DNA from: Malacoraja senta
Lineage: Eukaryota
Length of the DNA: 64,000 nucleotides
Direction of reading: 5' to 3'
NCBI GenBank assembly: GCA_038087875.1
Contig: CM075989.1
Location: 19,904,001-19,968,000, forward strand
The position numbers and the translations under genes are program-made. Under the pieces are notes generated by a model that did not search any database, was not told where the DNA came from, and worked only from the letters and a program-made list of their open reading frames with translations. Below, piece by piece: positions 63,811-64,000 of this stretch (positions within the stretch are counted from its first letter, which is position 1; every line of letters starts with the position of its first letter).

Positions 63811-64000
63811 CATATCAAATGTGCTGTATTCTCAAGGTCAATAGTTGGTAATGCAAATTTATCATGTAAAAACATTGTAACCTTATACCCTGTTGGTCTA
63901 AATTATTAAGTTGCAATAGATCCAGTGCTTGTCCAATTTGGTGATATGTCACTGGGTCATGTTCTGCTTAATTAAATTGTAATCTAAAAATGCTGTCGTT

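Overview
Repeat-rich vertebrate genomic DNA, very likely from a cartilaginous fish (HE1/V-SINE-type tRNA SINEs and CR1-type LINE tails dominate; inference). The only host gene is the 5' third of an ATP8B-subfamily P4-ATPase phospholipid flippase (ATP8B4/ATP8B2-like) on the + strand: 12 GT-AG exons from 15404 to 61021 (1259 coding nt, continuous frame, DGET, PISL and DKTGT motifs). The start exon was not located and the gene continues past the window. Introns and upstream DNA carry a near-intact Passport-like Tc1 transposon (DD34E, IR/DR ends), a 4.1-kb decayed L1 with a 17-bp TSD, Tx1, Rex1/Babar and CR1 fragments, dozens of SINEs, several MITEs, and many Penelope-like element (PLE) remnants. 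The most notable signal is the PLE terminal repeat, which carries a minimal hammerhead-ribozyme core (CTGAAGA-A-GGGTC..GACCC-GAAAC-GTC). It occurs in many copies, often as 110-210 nt units (single or fold-back) flanked by their own 11-16 bp target-site duplications.
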